Assembly: GCA_050633305.1 (NCBI GenBank)
Contig: JBOEGF010000008.1
Location: 160,001 to 224,000 of the forward strand
Direction: 5' to 3'
From: Nannocystales bacterium
GTDB lineage: Bacteria > Myxococcota_A > Polyangia > Nannocystales > Nannocystaceae
DNA length: 64,000 nucleotides
Position 1 is the stretch's first letter; every line of letters starts with the position of its first letter. The translations under genes were made by a program, and so were the position numbers. The notes under the pieces are model-generated. The model searched no databases. It saw only the letters and a program-made list of their open reading frames with translations, and was not told where the DNA came from. Below, one piece after another: positions 20,584-31,890 of the stretch.

Positions 20584-23346
20584 ATGGCCCGCGTGCGACG
20601 ACCCAGTGTTTGGAGTTCCAAGAGCAAACCTGCCGTAGCGCCGCTTCTCCTGTGGGGACTGAGCGCGTTGGCCGGTTGTTCGGACGACACGGGTGCCGCC
20701 GAACCGTCGGATGACGGGCCAGCGTGCATCGGCAAGTGTGACGGGTTCAACAGCATCACGGGTGCACTCCCGCTCGCCCCGCACGCCGCCACCTGGGACG
20801 GCCGAGTCCTGCTCGCCGACGTCGAAGGCGAGTGCCGTGTCGTCGCCGTTCGGCCCGACGCGATCGAGATCCGCGAAGGCGGTCTGACCTTCGGCCCCGA
20901 GGTGTTCTCCGAAGGCCTGCCCTGCCCCACGACCGTGGGCCGTCCCGCGCTCGCGATGGCCACCCCCGACGGGCACAACCCCTTTCCCAGCACCCCCGAC
21001 GGCTCTCTCGACTTCGCGGGCGCGCACCTGACCTACGACGTCACCCTACTGGAGGGCAGTGAGGCCGGCCAGCTGGTGCGCCGCGCGGGCACGCTGATCA
21101 CGACACAAGGCGAGGTCGTTTCAGCCCAATGGGATGACGAGCCCACACCCGTCGGCATCAACGGCCACAACCCTACGCTGAGCGCCGATGGTGGCCTGCT
21201 GGTGTTTGAGCGCGAGGATGGGCTGTGGTTCGCCCTCGCCCAGGGTGATGGTTTTGGGGAGCCCGCGCCGTTGAGCCGGCTGCACGAGCACGCGGCGGAT
21301 TCGGTGCGAGGCCTCCCGCTTTCAACCCGGTACCCACTCGCAAGTGAAGCCCTGCGCGCAGCCGATGGTACGCGGATCGAGGCTGGTCAAGCGCTCGTCG
21401 GTCAACGCCCCTCCCTTGGACAGGACGGCACGTCGTTGTTCTTCGAGTCCGAAGGCGGGACCCGGGTGCTCAGCCAGCGAAGTGGGTTCGCGATTCGGCA
21501 GCTCGACGGCCACATCAACGCAGGCAACGACGATGCGCCCGCATTCCACCTCAGCCTCGGACGCAGCGGCAGCGTCTACGCGCCCTACCCCGGCGCCCAC
21601 CGACTCCCCGTCCGGGAGCACCGGCTTCCCACCGTCTCCTTGTTCGGCTTCACCGAGCATGACGGAGAGTTCCAGAGCAGCTACGACGAGATCGACTTCG
21701 TCGCCTTCTCCGACCGCGACTACGTCACCTACCTGCCGATGACCGCCACCGCGCTCGCCGATGGAACGCTCGATGAGCATCAGTCGGGCGACCTCTCCGG
21801 GCGATTCAACAACGCGGTTCTCGACCCCGGCGCATCGCTCGGACACGCGGCGGTCACAGGCGCTCACGGCCAGGCGGTCTTCCTCCCCACCGGCGCAGGA
21901 CTTGTCGTCCCCGCCAGCGACAGTACCGTCGCGCCGCAACGCGGCTACAACGTCTCGATGTTCGTCCGGCCCATGGCCGACGATGTCCGCGGTCCCCTCT
22001 TGGATTGGCCCGGCGTCGTGAGCATCACGCTCGAAGACGACGGAGTCGTCATTCGTGGCACCGCCCCGGAGAGTGAACCGACCAACTCCGTCCACCCGGT
22101 GCTCGCGCGCGACACATGGACCCACGTCGCGGTCTCCTACGACGGCAACTCCGGCCGCCTGCGGACCTACATCAACGGCGAGCGGATCGCTCAAGACCAG
22201 TTTGCGCGCCGCGGATTCCCAACCGGAGATGGCGGCGCGATCACGCTCGGCCGCGCGACGGCCAGTGGCGACGGGGCCGTGCTCGCCCTGGACGAAGTGA
22301 GCATCTCCCGGGAGCTCCGGTTCGACGAGGAGGTCTATGCAGAGGCGCGACAAGAGGAGTTCTTCCGCCGCCCGATCGCGTCGATCGACCGCATCCGCGA
22401 AGAGGTCGATCTCCCGCTGGGCCTCGACGCCGAGCAGTTTGTCATGCCCGACCGAGCCAACCTGGAGGACAACGCCACCGAGCTGGGCATGCTGTTGTTC
22501 TTCGATACACGGCTGTCGAGCAACCAGGAGATCTCCTGCGCGACGTGCCACGACCCGGAGCTTGCCTTCACCGATGGCCGCCCTGTCGGCGCGGCCGTCG
22601 ATGGCAGCGACCTCACCCGGAGCACCCCGACGGTCTTCAACCGGGCGCTGTCGACCATGCAGTTCTGGGATGGCCGCTCTCCAAGCCTCGAGCAACAGTC
22701 CGTCCTCCCCATTTTCAACAGCGCCGAGATGGGGCTGACCCGGCAAGAGTTCATCGAGTACCTCGAGAGCGTTCCCGAGTACGTTGACCGGTTCAACGAT
22801 GTGTTCCGCCGCCCCCCCAGCATCTCGGCCGCAGGCTTCGCCCTCGCCGCGTTCCAGCGCACGCAGCTCGCAGGAGAGTCTCCCGTCGACCACTACGAGG
22901 CCGGCGACGCTGACGCTCTCTCCGAGTCCGAGATTCGCGGCCGCGCGCTGTTCAACGGCAAGGCCCGCTGCGTCGCCTGCCACAGCGGCTCCAACTTCTC
23001 CGACGAGCAGCTTCATGCCGTCGAGGTTTTCGAGCACACCGACCTGGGTGCGTTCCTCGTCCGCCGCGGCCGCGAGCGATTCCTCCGCACGTTCAAGACG
23101 CCGACGCTACGGAACATCGATGTCACGGCGCCATACTTTCATGATGGCTCCGCCGCGACCCTCGAAGAGGTCGTCTCGCTCTACAATGCAGGCGCTCTGC
23201 CAAACGCACAGAACGTCGACCCCGAGCTTCACCCGCTCGGCCTGACCGCAGACGAACAGACCGACCTTGTCGCGTTCCTCCGCGCGCTGACCAGCCCGAA
23301 CGCGATTCAGACATTCGACGTCCCGCTGCCCGCCCTGGCCGAGTAG
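20584..23346 (+). CDS. Di-heme cytochrome c peroxidase/MauG-family lipoprotein with LamG-like domain
   Basis: CATCH, CVACH, QFWDGR, FKTPTLRN, TAPYFHDG. LamG-like WTHVAVSYDG..YING. Lipobox LAGC. Start uncertain. Confidence 0.9.
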   Translation: MARVRRPSVWSSKSKPAVAPLLLWGLSALAGCSDDTGAAEPSDDGPACIGKCDGFNSITGALPLAPHAATWDGRVLLADVEGECRVVAVRPDAIEIREGGLTFGPEVFSEGLPCPTTVGRPALAMATPDGHNPFPSTPDGSLDFAGAHLTYDVTLLEGSEAGQLVRRAGTLITTQGEVVSAQWDDEPTPVGINGHNPTLSADGGLLVFEREDGLWFALAQGDGFGEPAPLSRLHEHAADSVRGLPLSTRYPLASEALRAADGTRIEAGQALVGQRPSLGQDGTSLFFESEGGTRVLSQRSGFAIRQLDGHINAGNDDAPAFHLSLGRSGSVYAPYPGAHRLPVREHRLPTVSLFGFTEHDGEFQSSYDEIDFVAFSDRDYVTYLPMTATALADGTLDEHQSGDLSGRFNNAVLDPGASLGHAAVTGAHGQAVFLPTGAGLVVPASDSTVAPQRGYNVSMFVRPMADDVRGPLLDWPGVVSITLEDDGVVIRGTAPESEPTNSVHPVLARDTWTHVAVSYDGNSGRLRTYINGERIAQDQFARRGFPTGDGGAITLGRATASGDGAVLALDEVSISRELRFDEEVYAEARQEEFFRRPIASIDRIREEVDLPLGLDAEQFVMPDRANLEDNATELGMLLFFDTRLSSNQEISCATCHDPELAFTDGRPVGAAVDGSDLTRSTPTVFNRALSTMQFWDGRSPSLEQQSVLPIFNSAEMGLTRQEFIEYLESVPEYVDRFNDVFRRPPSISAAGFALAAFQRTQLAGESPVDHYEAGDADALSESEIRGRALFNGKARCVACHSGSNFSDEQLHAVEVFEHTDLGAFLVRRGRERFLRTFKTPTLRNIDVTAPYFHDGSAATLEEVVSLYNAGALPNAQNVDPELHPLGLTADEQTDLVAFLRALTSPNAIQTFDVPLPALAE

Positions 23347-23381
23347 TTCGTATTCCCGCGGGGTGTTCTACCCTGCAGGTC

Positions 23382-24320
23382 GTGTCGAGCTGCCAGCAGC
23401 GCAACGAGGCGCTCGCGCGTGGACTGCGGGTGCTTCCCGGGTCCATCCCATACACGAACCGGCGCCGGCTGAACGTCGGTGGTCGGTTCGATGGCCTGAC
23501 GCTGGGCGAGTTCCTCGCGCTCCGACATCCGCATATCGACGCATCGCTGTGGCGCGGGTCGCTGGGCGCCGGCCGACTCGAACTCGACGGGCGAATCGTG
23601 CAAAGCCTCGAGCAGCGCGTCCGTGGCGGAAACCAGCTCGTGCACGTGGTCGAGTCGCAGGTCGAACCAGACGTCTCCGCCGGGCTGCGGTTCCTTCACG
23701 AGGACGACGACCTCGTAGCGCTTGCCAAGCCGGCTCCACTGCCGGTTCATCCCAGCGGGCGATTCAACAAAAACACCGTGGTCGGGCTCATTGCCGCGGT
23801 CTTCTCGGACCTGTCGCTCTTCCCCGTCCACAGACTCGATGCCGACACCACCGGCGTTCTCGTGCTCGCCAAACACCCGAGCGCGGCGCGGCAGCTCGGT
23901 GCCCAGTTCGAGGCACGGACCGTCGAGAAGCGCTACCTCGCCCGCGTCCACGGCACGTCCCCACGCCGCTTCGAGAGCACGGCTCCCATTGCCCGAGGCC
24001 CAGACTCGAGCGGGAAGCGAACGACACACTCAGGCGCCGCAGCGCTCACGAACTTCTGGACCCTCGTCCCAGGTGACCAGAGCCTCGTCGCCGCGTGGCC
24101 CCGCTCGGGAAGGACCAACCAGATCCGACTGCACCTGCTCGACGCCGGGCACCCCATCGTCGGAGACCGCGCCTACGGCCCCGACGCCGATGCTGAGTTT
24201 CAAAGCGGCGGGTCGCTGTGTCTGCACGCGGACGCGATCCGCCTGCACCACCCTTCGTCCGGGGACCGGGTTCGCTTTCACGCGCCCCGCCCTCCCTGGG
24301 CGTCAGAGTTCTTCGGGTGA
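23382..24320 (+). CDS. RluA-family pseudouridine synthase
   Basis: KPAPLPVHP, HRLDADTTG, GRTNQIRLH, PIVGD. Confidence 0.92.
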   Translation: MSSCQQRNEALARGLRVLPGSIPYTNRRRLNVGGRFDGLTLGEFLALRHPHIDASLWRGSLGAGRLELDGRIVQSLEQRVRGGNQLVHVVESQVEPDVSAGLRFLHEDDDLVALAKPAPLPVHPSGRFNKNTVVGLIAAVFSDLSLFPVHRLDADTTGVLVLAKHPSAARQLGAQFEARTVEKRYLARVHGTSPRRFESTAPIARGPDSSGKRTTHSGAAALTNFWTLVPGDQSLVAAWPRSGRTNQIRLHLLDAGHPIVGDRAYGPDADAEFQSGGSLCLHADAIRLHHPSSGDRVRFHAPRPPWASEFFG

Positions 24321-25232
24321 CGGCCCCGTGTTCAGGTGCTCGTCCCCGCGTGCCTTCGCAGCCCGCACTTGACGCATTCGCTCCCGCCGGCTCGCCCGCT
24401 GCGCGTCGTCTGTGGTTCCCACACACCGGTGGCAGCACACGCCAGCCTCGTAGTCGGGGTGCTCCAGCTCTTCCGGGGCCAGCGGCTCCAGACAGCCAAA
24501 GCACAGCACATGGCGTCCCTGCTCCAGTGCGTGGTCGACGGCCACGCGACGGTCGAACACGAAGCACTCCCCGTCCCACCGCGATTGCGCCGGGTCGGTT
24601 CGTTCGAGGTACCGGAGGATGCCCCCCTTGAGGTGATAAACCTCAGGTACACCCTCGCGCAGGAGGAGCGAAGTCGCCTTCTCGCAACGAATTCCCCCCG
24701 TGCAAAACATCGCGACCTTCTTGTGCCGCGTGGGATCGATGTTGGCTTTGACCCACGCCGGGAAGTCCCGAAAGTTCTCCGTCTCGGGGTCGACCGCCCC
24801 CACGAACGAACCAATCCTGACTTCATACGCGTTGCGCGTGTCGACGACCAGGACCTCCGGATCGTCGACCAAAGCGTTCCAGTCCTCGGGTTCAACGTAG
24901 GTCCCGACCCGCTCGAGCGGGTCGATCCCCGGAACGCCCATCGTCACAATTTCCTTCTTCAAACGGACGCGCATCCGGCCAAAAGGCGGTGCCGAGGCAT
25001 TCGCGAACTTCGCCTCCAACCCCTCGAGCCCTGGCTCACTCCGCAACCGTTCGAGGACCGACTCCACCCCCGCCGGTGGGCCGGCGATGGTCCCGTTGAC
25101 GCCCTCGGCGGCGAGCAGCAGCGTCCCAACAACCTCCCGGGACTCACATAACCGCTGCAACACTGGTTGCAAACTAACGTGGTCTTCCAACGGAACGAAC
25201 GCGTACAGCGCTGCGATTCGACATCTGCTCAC
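24303..25232 (-). CDS. trhO: tRNA uridine(34) hydroxylase TrhO (YceA, rhodanese-like)
   Basis: EGVNGT, RLKKEIVTMG, DTRNAYE, MFCTGGIRCEKA, CFVFDRR. Confidence 0.92.
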   Translation of the reverse strand: MSRCRIAALYAFVPLEDHVSLQPVLQRLCESREVVGTLLLAAEGVNGTIAGPPAGVESVLERLRSEPGLEGLEAKFANASAPPFGRMRVRLKKEIVTMGVPGIDPLERVGTYVEPEDWNALVDDPEVLVVDTRNAYEVRIGSFVGAVDPETENFRDFPAWVKANIDPTRHKKVAMFCTGGIRCEKATSLLLREGVPEVYHLKGGILRYLERTDPAQSRWDGECFVFDRRVAVDHALEQGRHVLCFGCLEPLAPEELEHPDYEAGVCCHRCVGTTDDAQRASRRERMRQVRAAKARGDEHLNTGPSPEEL

Positions 25233-25436
25233 GGCCGCGGAGGCTAGCAGCCGCTTGTATGGCGCGTAAGAGCTTCAGCCTTCGGACCCACGTCTCTTTT
25301 TTTTTGAGCTCATCTGCGCCGGCGTCCGGTCCGCGCGTTGGCGCAGCCTCACGCGCGTTGCCAAGCGACTCCCCTCGTTGTAGTCGTCTACCTTCAGTTT
25401 TCGCCCCGTTCGCGGGCGCAACCAAGGACTCTAGGC

Positions 25437-26957
<1,521 letters not shown>

Positions 26958-26977
26958 GGCAGTCGGACTCTAGACAG

Positions 26978-27015
26978 GGGGGCAGTCGGATCGAATCCGG
27001 CTGCCTCTTTCCTTT
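26978..27015 (+). terminator. Probable intrinsic terminator
   Basis: GGGGCAGTCGGAT-CGA-ATCCGGCTGCCTC stem followed by TTTCCTTT, just after the stop at 26957. Confidence 0.7.
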
Positions 27016-27071
27016 GGTTCAGGAAGGTCCAAGACGGAGCGAGTCGTTCGCGACGCTTGACCCCGCGACCG

Positions 27072-28811
27072 TCAGAAGTCGATGGAGTGGAGGATATTGA
27101 CCGGGACGTCGTACGTCGTTTCGGTCGAACCGTCCGGCCAGCGGATCGTCATCGATGTGGGAGACGCGTCGCCGAACCCGAAGTGCAGGCGAAGCATCGA
27201 TCCCGCCCCCAGACTCGAGCCGCAGATCACCTCCCGCGTCTGCGTCCTGCCAGTGTCGTCCGTGACGCTGACCCGGGCGCCCACGGCATCCGTCGACACA
27301 GTCTCGCCATCGCCGCGAAGTTCGATCTCGAGCCATGAGGCCCCGCCACCTTCGTTGTGGAACAGGGCGAACGAGTCGGCCGCATTCCCGACGAGTATGT
27401 CGACCCAGCCGTCTTCGTCGTAGTCGGCGATCGCCAACCCCTGGCTGCGGCGCGTGTCCTCGGCTCCGGCAGCATCAGGCAGTCGCAAGAACGTCCCATC
27501 GTGCATGTTCCGCAACATGACGTTGGGACGAGCCGCGCCAAAGTTGAGCTGTCCGATCGCAACGTACAGGTCAAGCCAGCCGTCGTTGTCGTAGTCGATG
27601 AACTGAGCGCCCCAGCCGTACTGGTTCCACAATTCCTCGTCGACCAGCGCTCCTGCCTGCTCGGCAACTTCAACGAAGACCGGTTGCCCCTGCGCGGCTT
27701 GGTTGTTCAGCAGCTTCATCGGGCCCAGGTCTGAAATGAAGACGTCCTGGTCACCGTCGTTGTCGTAGTCGCCGACGGCCAGCCCCATACTCCCCATCTC
27801 CAACCCCGCGCCTGAAGACGCCGAAACGTCCGTGAAGCACCAGTGACCACACCCTGGGCCATCATTTCGCCACAGGACATTCCCGCCGGCCTTGTCGTTT
27901 ACGACGTACAGGTCGACGTCTCCGTCGAGATCGTAGTCGAAGAAACTTGCCGAGAAGGCCAGCCGCGTCCGAGTCGTGATGTCGAGTACGCCAGGCATCT
28001 CACTGAACGACCCCCCACCGTCGTTGTGGAGCAGGCGATCGGGAAGCGTGATCTCGTTGTTCGCGACGTAGACGTCCAGAAGGCCGTCTCCGTCGTAGTC
28101 GCCCCACGCGGCGGTCTCTCCGTGTCCAACGTCCGCAAGGCCAGACGCCAGAGAAACGTCGGTGAATCCGCCGGCCCCATCATTGCGAAGCATCGTGTTC
28201 TCACCGAACGCGAGGAGGTACAGATCTGGGAGCGTGTCGTTGTCAAAGTCGACGAACACAGCACCGGTGCTCGCCGTCGCGGTCAACTCCATCCCCGCAA
28301 CGGGCCAAGCAATCGCATCGAACGACCCGCTCCCGGTTCCTCGGAAGAGATGGTTGGGCGCGAGTTGGCTCGTCACAACGAGATCCAACACGCCGTCGCC
28401 GTCGTAGTCGCCCCACGCTTGGCCCTCGGTCGCGAAGAGGTCGATGGACTCATGTGCCACGTCGATCCCAACCGACAAGGAGACCTCAGCGTACGTGACC
28501 GGCGCCTCCATCCCAGAGCCGGTGCTCTCCGTGTTGGTCGTCGTCCCAGTCGACAAAGGCGTCGGTGACCCGGACCCGGACGAACTCGACGCGACCCCCA
28601 TTCCGCTGGCCTCACCGGATCCATCGGTTCCAATACCTGACGTGGACGTCGTGGCGAGCACCATCCCGTCGTCGCCCGATTCGGCGTCGCTCGATGGGTC
28701 GCCGACGGTCGTCTGACTCGAGGCCCCATCCGGTTCGGACGGCAGCTCGACTTGAGCGACGTCGCTGCAGCCGGCTGCGAGCGCGATCAGGGCAGTGAGG
28801 CTTAGGCGCAT
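27072..28811 (-). CDS. CRTAC1/ASPIC-UnbV family FG-GAP repeat lipoprotein
   Basis: Repeated DYDxDGxxD motifs, C-terminal GARV...LHFGFG..IRWPDG, lipobox AAGC. Confidence 0.9.
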   Translation of the reverse strand: MRLSLTALIALAAGCSDVAQVELPSEPDGASSQTTVGDPSSDAESGDDGMVLATTSTSGIGTDGSGEASGMGVASSSSGSGSPTPLSTGTTTNTESTGSGMEAPVTYAEVSLSVGIDVAHESIDLFATEGQAWGDYDGDGVLDLVVTSQLAPNHLFRGTGSGSFDAIAWPVAGMELTATASTGAVFVDFDNDTLPDLYLLAFGENTMLRNDGAGGFTDVSLASGLADVGHGETAAWGDYDGDGLLDVYVANNEITLPDRLLHNDGGGSFSEMPGVLDITTRTRLAFSASFFDYDLDGDVDLYVVNDKAGGNVLWRNDGPGCGHWCFTDVSASSGAGLEMGSMGLAVGDYDNDGDQDVFISDLGPMKLLNNQAAQGQPVFVEVAEQAGALVDEELWNQYGWGAQFIDYDNDGWLDLYVAIGQLNFGAARPNVMLRNMHDGTFLRLPDAAGAEDTRRSQGLAIADYDEDGWVDILVGNAADSFALFHNEGGGASWLEIELRGDGETVSTDAVGARVSVTDDTGRTQTREVICGSSLGAGSMLRLHFGFGDASPTSMTIRWPDGSTETTYDVPVNILHSIDF

Positions 28812-29175
28812 TCGAAGTCTCCGCTCGCCGCGGACACGACGAACCGTACTCTCTCGTACCATGGCAGAGCTTGGCGGCGCAGCGGCGTGAACAAGATCCT
28901 GGCACGGCGCGTAGGCCGCGAGGCTCTCGGACTCCGCGCGCACGCCGGATGTCCCGTTCCGCTCGCAGCTCGGGCGCCGTCAGGTCCCCGCGACATGAGC
29001 GTCCATGACTCCGTTGTCAGCGCGGGCGCCGACCGTAGAGACGTTCACGGGCTCAGGTCAGCGGGCTCGCCGGTGCTGCCAACATACCGCCAGAGAACGT
29101 CCCCAACATCCCTCTTCGCGACGTCGAAGAACAGGACCTGCAGAGCGCCACATCCTCCCCGAAGAAAAGACCTGC

Positions 29176-30474
29176 TCACCGAGCAAGCATCTGGATCGTC
29201 GCGTCCTCGGCGAAGAAGAACGCCTCGGAGTCGAGCGCTAGCCGTTGATTCGTGACTGGAACCAGCGTTGAGTAGAGCGTGCGCGCGCCTGACCCATCCT
29301 CCGCGACATCGCGGAGGTGATTTCCATCGTCCTCGAAGTCCCACCAGGTGAGTCTGCCGTCCTCAACCAGCAGCGAGAACCCGTCGGAGAAGAACGGCGA
29401 CCCTTCCTCGAGTAGGGTCACAATGTTCGAACCATCAAGGTCGCACGCGATCAGTGAGCTCTGATCGCCATCACCGCGACACGCGAGATATATGCGTTCA
29501 TCCGCCGCCACCATCGCGTGACAACCCATTGGCGCGAGAACGGTGGTGGCCGAACCGCCACCACCACCGACACCGCGCCGCTGGATACCCGCTTCGCTGC
29601 TGAAGAATACGAACGCGCTGTTGGCAGCGACCAATGAGTCTTGCTCGAGCCCTGCGGCGTACGTTCGGTTGTCGGCACCATCCAGAGTTGTACCGAGCAC
29701 CGCGTATGTGTCGGGGTTAGGCAGCGGGACGTCATTTCGTCCCACCCAAAACACGCGATTCGAAGTCGAAGTCAGCGCCGTCGGCGTGTTGTACGTCGCG
29801 TCGAAGTCAAGGCCCTGCGCAGGTGCCCCGTTGAGCGAGATCAGACGTACAAACCCGTCGGGCATGATTCCCCCGGTGAGGACAATCCCCTCCCCGGTCG
29901 CTTCGATCTCTCGCTTCCCGGGTCCCGGATCGGGGCCGTCATCGGCGAGAATCTCCGGGTCTGGCATGAGCTGCTGCGGGATCCGCTCTAGCGTCCCGGC
30001 CGTGACGAAGTAGACGTAGTCCTCATCCGCTGCGAGGTCTCGCAGGTCCCCCTCCACAAACAGCGACACGGGCTGGCACTCCCCGGCTTCGCACTCGCCC
30101 CCTAGACAATCGTGCCCGCACTCGCCGCAGTGCAGCGGATCGGCCATCCGGTCGATCTCGCATGCCCCGGTCCCGCACGCGACCAGCGGACCCTCGCACT
30201 GGACCTCTCCAGTGCTGCTCTCTGCCCCAATTCCAGTTTCTGCGGTGTCCCCGGTGTCGGTGCCTGTGGACTCAACTCCCGTGGGAAGAGTCGCGCCGCC
30301 TCCCGAGGACGTTCCGCTCGAGCCCGGGCCGGTCACCATGCCGCCAGCCGTCGCCCCCGTGGTGTCCGTCGCTTCTCCCGCATCGGTATCACCCGGAATC
30401 GGATCCACCTGGTTCGGTGTGAAACAAGCCGGAACCAGTGCCAGAGCAAGAATGGTGGAGGGGAGTCGAAGCAT
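29176..30474 (-). CDS. Lipoprotein with Cys-rich DPxHCGxCGxxC module and beta-propeller
   Basis: Lipobox VPAC, Thr/Gly linker, DPLHCGECGHDCLGGEC, repeated propeller-like blades (DEDYVYF, SNRVFW). Confidence 0.75.
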   Translation of the reverse strand: MLRLPSTILALALVPACFTPNQVDPIPGDTDAGEATDTTGATAGGMVTGPGSSGTSSGGGATLPTGVESTGTDTGDTAETGIGAESSTGEVQCEGPLVACGTGACEIDRMADPLHCGECGHDCLGGECEAGECQPVSLFVEGDLRDLAADEDYVYFVTAGTLERIPQQLMPDPEILADDGPDPGPGKREIEATGEGIVLTGGIMPDGFVRLISLNGAPAQGLDFDATYNTPTALTSTSNRVFWVGRNDVPLPNPDTYAVLGTTLDGADNRTYAAGLEQDSLVAANSAFVFFSSEAGIQRRGVGGGGGSATTVLAPMGCHAMVAADERIYLACRGDGDQSSLIACDLDGSNIVTLLEEGSPFFSDGFSLLVEDGRLTWWDFEDDGNHLRDVAEDGSGARTLYSTLVPVTNQRLALDSEAFFFAEDATIQMLAR

Positions 30475-30619
30475 CGCGGGACCCAAGTCGGGGCACCGTG
30501 CCACGCTTCTCCCCCCCCCAAACAAGCCCGACGGCGCCCGGGGGGCAGGGGGTCCGTGCCCGTCAGAAGCCTCCTACCGCCTGCCTCCCAACCCCCTGCG
30601 AGAGCCGCTCAACCCGCGT

Positions 30620-30648
30620 TTGACACGACTCTGCCCCGTCCATAGCGT
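30620..30648 (+). promoter_or_regulatory. sigma70-type promoter positioned for a leaderless transcript
   Basis: TTGACA-N17-TAGCGT, then 7 nt to ATG 30656. No SD sequence. Confidence 0.65.
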
Positions 30649-30655
30649 TGCCTCG

Positions 30656-31780
30656 ATGGACATCAGCAGTGCCTTCGACTCGGGGAACATCGTCGTCGTC
30701 AAAGCGGACGACCCAACCGGCATCGAGCTGGAGATTCGGCCCGACGCTGGCGAGGACCACTTCCAGTGGTTTCACTATCGGGTGACGGGTTCGAAGGGCG
30801 TGCCGCTGACGATGACCATCACCAACGCGCGGCGTGCCAGCTACCCGGAAGGTTGGAAGGACTATCGAGCCTGCGCCTCGTACGACCGCGGGCACTGGTT
30901 CCGCGTGCCAACCCGGTACGAGGGCGGGGAGCTCATCATCGAACACACGCCGGAGCACGACGCGTGTTGGTACGCGTACTTCGCTCCCTACTCGCTCGAC
31001 CACCACAACGACCTCATCGCGGAGGCGCAGATGGTGGACGACGTGACGCTCAGCCGGCTCGGTGCAACGGTCGACGGTCGTGACATCGACCTGCTCACCG
31101 TCGGGGACGATGGGGACGACAAGCGCTCATGCTGGATCATCGCGCGTCAGCACCCCGGGGAGTCGATGGCGGAGTGGCTCATCGAAGGGCTGCTCGACCG
31201 ACTGCTCGACGATGAAGATCCCGTCGCTCGAGAGGTTCGCGAACGCGCATGCCTGTACATCGTCCCGAACATGAATCCTGATGGCTCGTTCCGCGGCCAC
31301 CTCCGGAACAACGCGGCGGGTAAGAACCTCAACCGCCAGTGGGAAGAGCCGAACGTACAAAGCAGCCCCGAGGTTTTCCACGTGCGCGCAGCGATGGAGC
31401 GCAGCGGCGTCGATTTTTTCCTGGATGTTCACGGGGACGAAGCCCTGCCCTACAACTTCATCAGCGGCGGCGAAGGCATCAAGTCCTGGGACAATGCGAA
31501 GGAAGAACGGGAGAAGCGATACAGCGACGCCCTTCTTGTCGCGAGCCCTGACTTTCAGACGAAGTTCGGGTACCCGGTGCCGGAACACGGCGAGGCCAAC
31601 AACACGATGGCCAGCAACTGGGTCGGCGAGCGATTCGGCTGCCTAGCCGTCACGTTGGAGATGCCATTCAAGGATACGGCCGACACTCCACATCCGCTGG
31701 GCTGGTCGCCGGAGCGGGCCCGGAAGTTCGGCGCGGCACAGCTTGACGCACTTCTCGTCGCACTCCGCGCGGCACGCTGA
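30656..31780 (+). CDS. M14 cytosolic carboxypeptidase (CCP/Nna1-like)
   Basis: FDSGN, QWFHY, YFAPYS, ARQHPGE, NPDG, NLNR, DVHGDE, TLEMPF. Confidence 0.92.
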   Translation: MDISSAFDSGNIVVVKADDPTGIELEIRPDAGEDHFQWFHYRVTGSKGVPLTMTITNARRASYPEGWKDYRACASYDRGHWFRVPTRYEGGELIIEHTPEHDACWYAYFAPYSLDHHNDLIAEAQMVDDVTLSRLGATVDGRDIDLLTVGDDGDDKRSCWIIARQHPGESMAEWLIEGLLDRLLDDEDPVAREVRERACLYIVPNMNPDGSFRGHLRNNAAGKNLNRQWEEPNVQSSPEVFHVRAAMERSGVDFFLDVHGDEALPYNFISGGEGIKSWDNAKEEREKRYSDALLVASPDFQTKFGYPVPEHGEANNTMASNWVGERFGCLAVTLEMPFKDTADTPHPLGWSPERARKFGAAQLDALLVALRAAR

Positions 31781-31890
31781 GCTGGTCGGCTTCACGGCGA
31801 TGCCATGGGGTCCCTCGGCCCCATGATCGGTGCTAATCTCGGTTTCTGGGGGACGTGAGCGCCGTTTCGGCGTGGGACGTCGGCAGCACT

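Noticed and set aside
18941..23037. Long antisense ORFs (18941..20530, 21322..23037; likewise 25431..26855, 37831..39594, 45976..47571, 55491..57299)
   Set aside because: Shadow frames opposite well-supported genes, expected from high-GC codon bias. No recognisable motifs.
25297..25305. T9 run as an intrinsic terminator
   Set aside because: No adjacent GC hairpin, and it lies between divergent genes. More likely promoter-associated.
28812..29175. Gene or recoded ORF between the two lipoprotein genes
   Set aside because: Short frames (28802..28996, 29045..29344) overlap neighbours and lack motifs or an RBS.
30212..30655. N-terminal extensions given by the ORF track (also 34169, 40900, 43773, 55488 and 50121, 48774, 58262)
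   Set aside because: They overlap opposite-strand or upstream genes. Family motifs or signal peptides begin at downstream starts.
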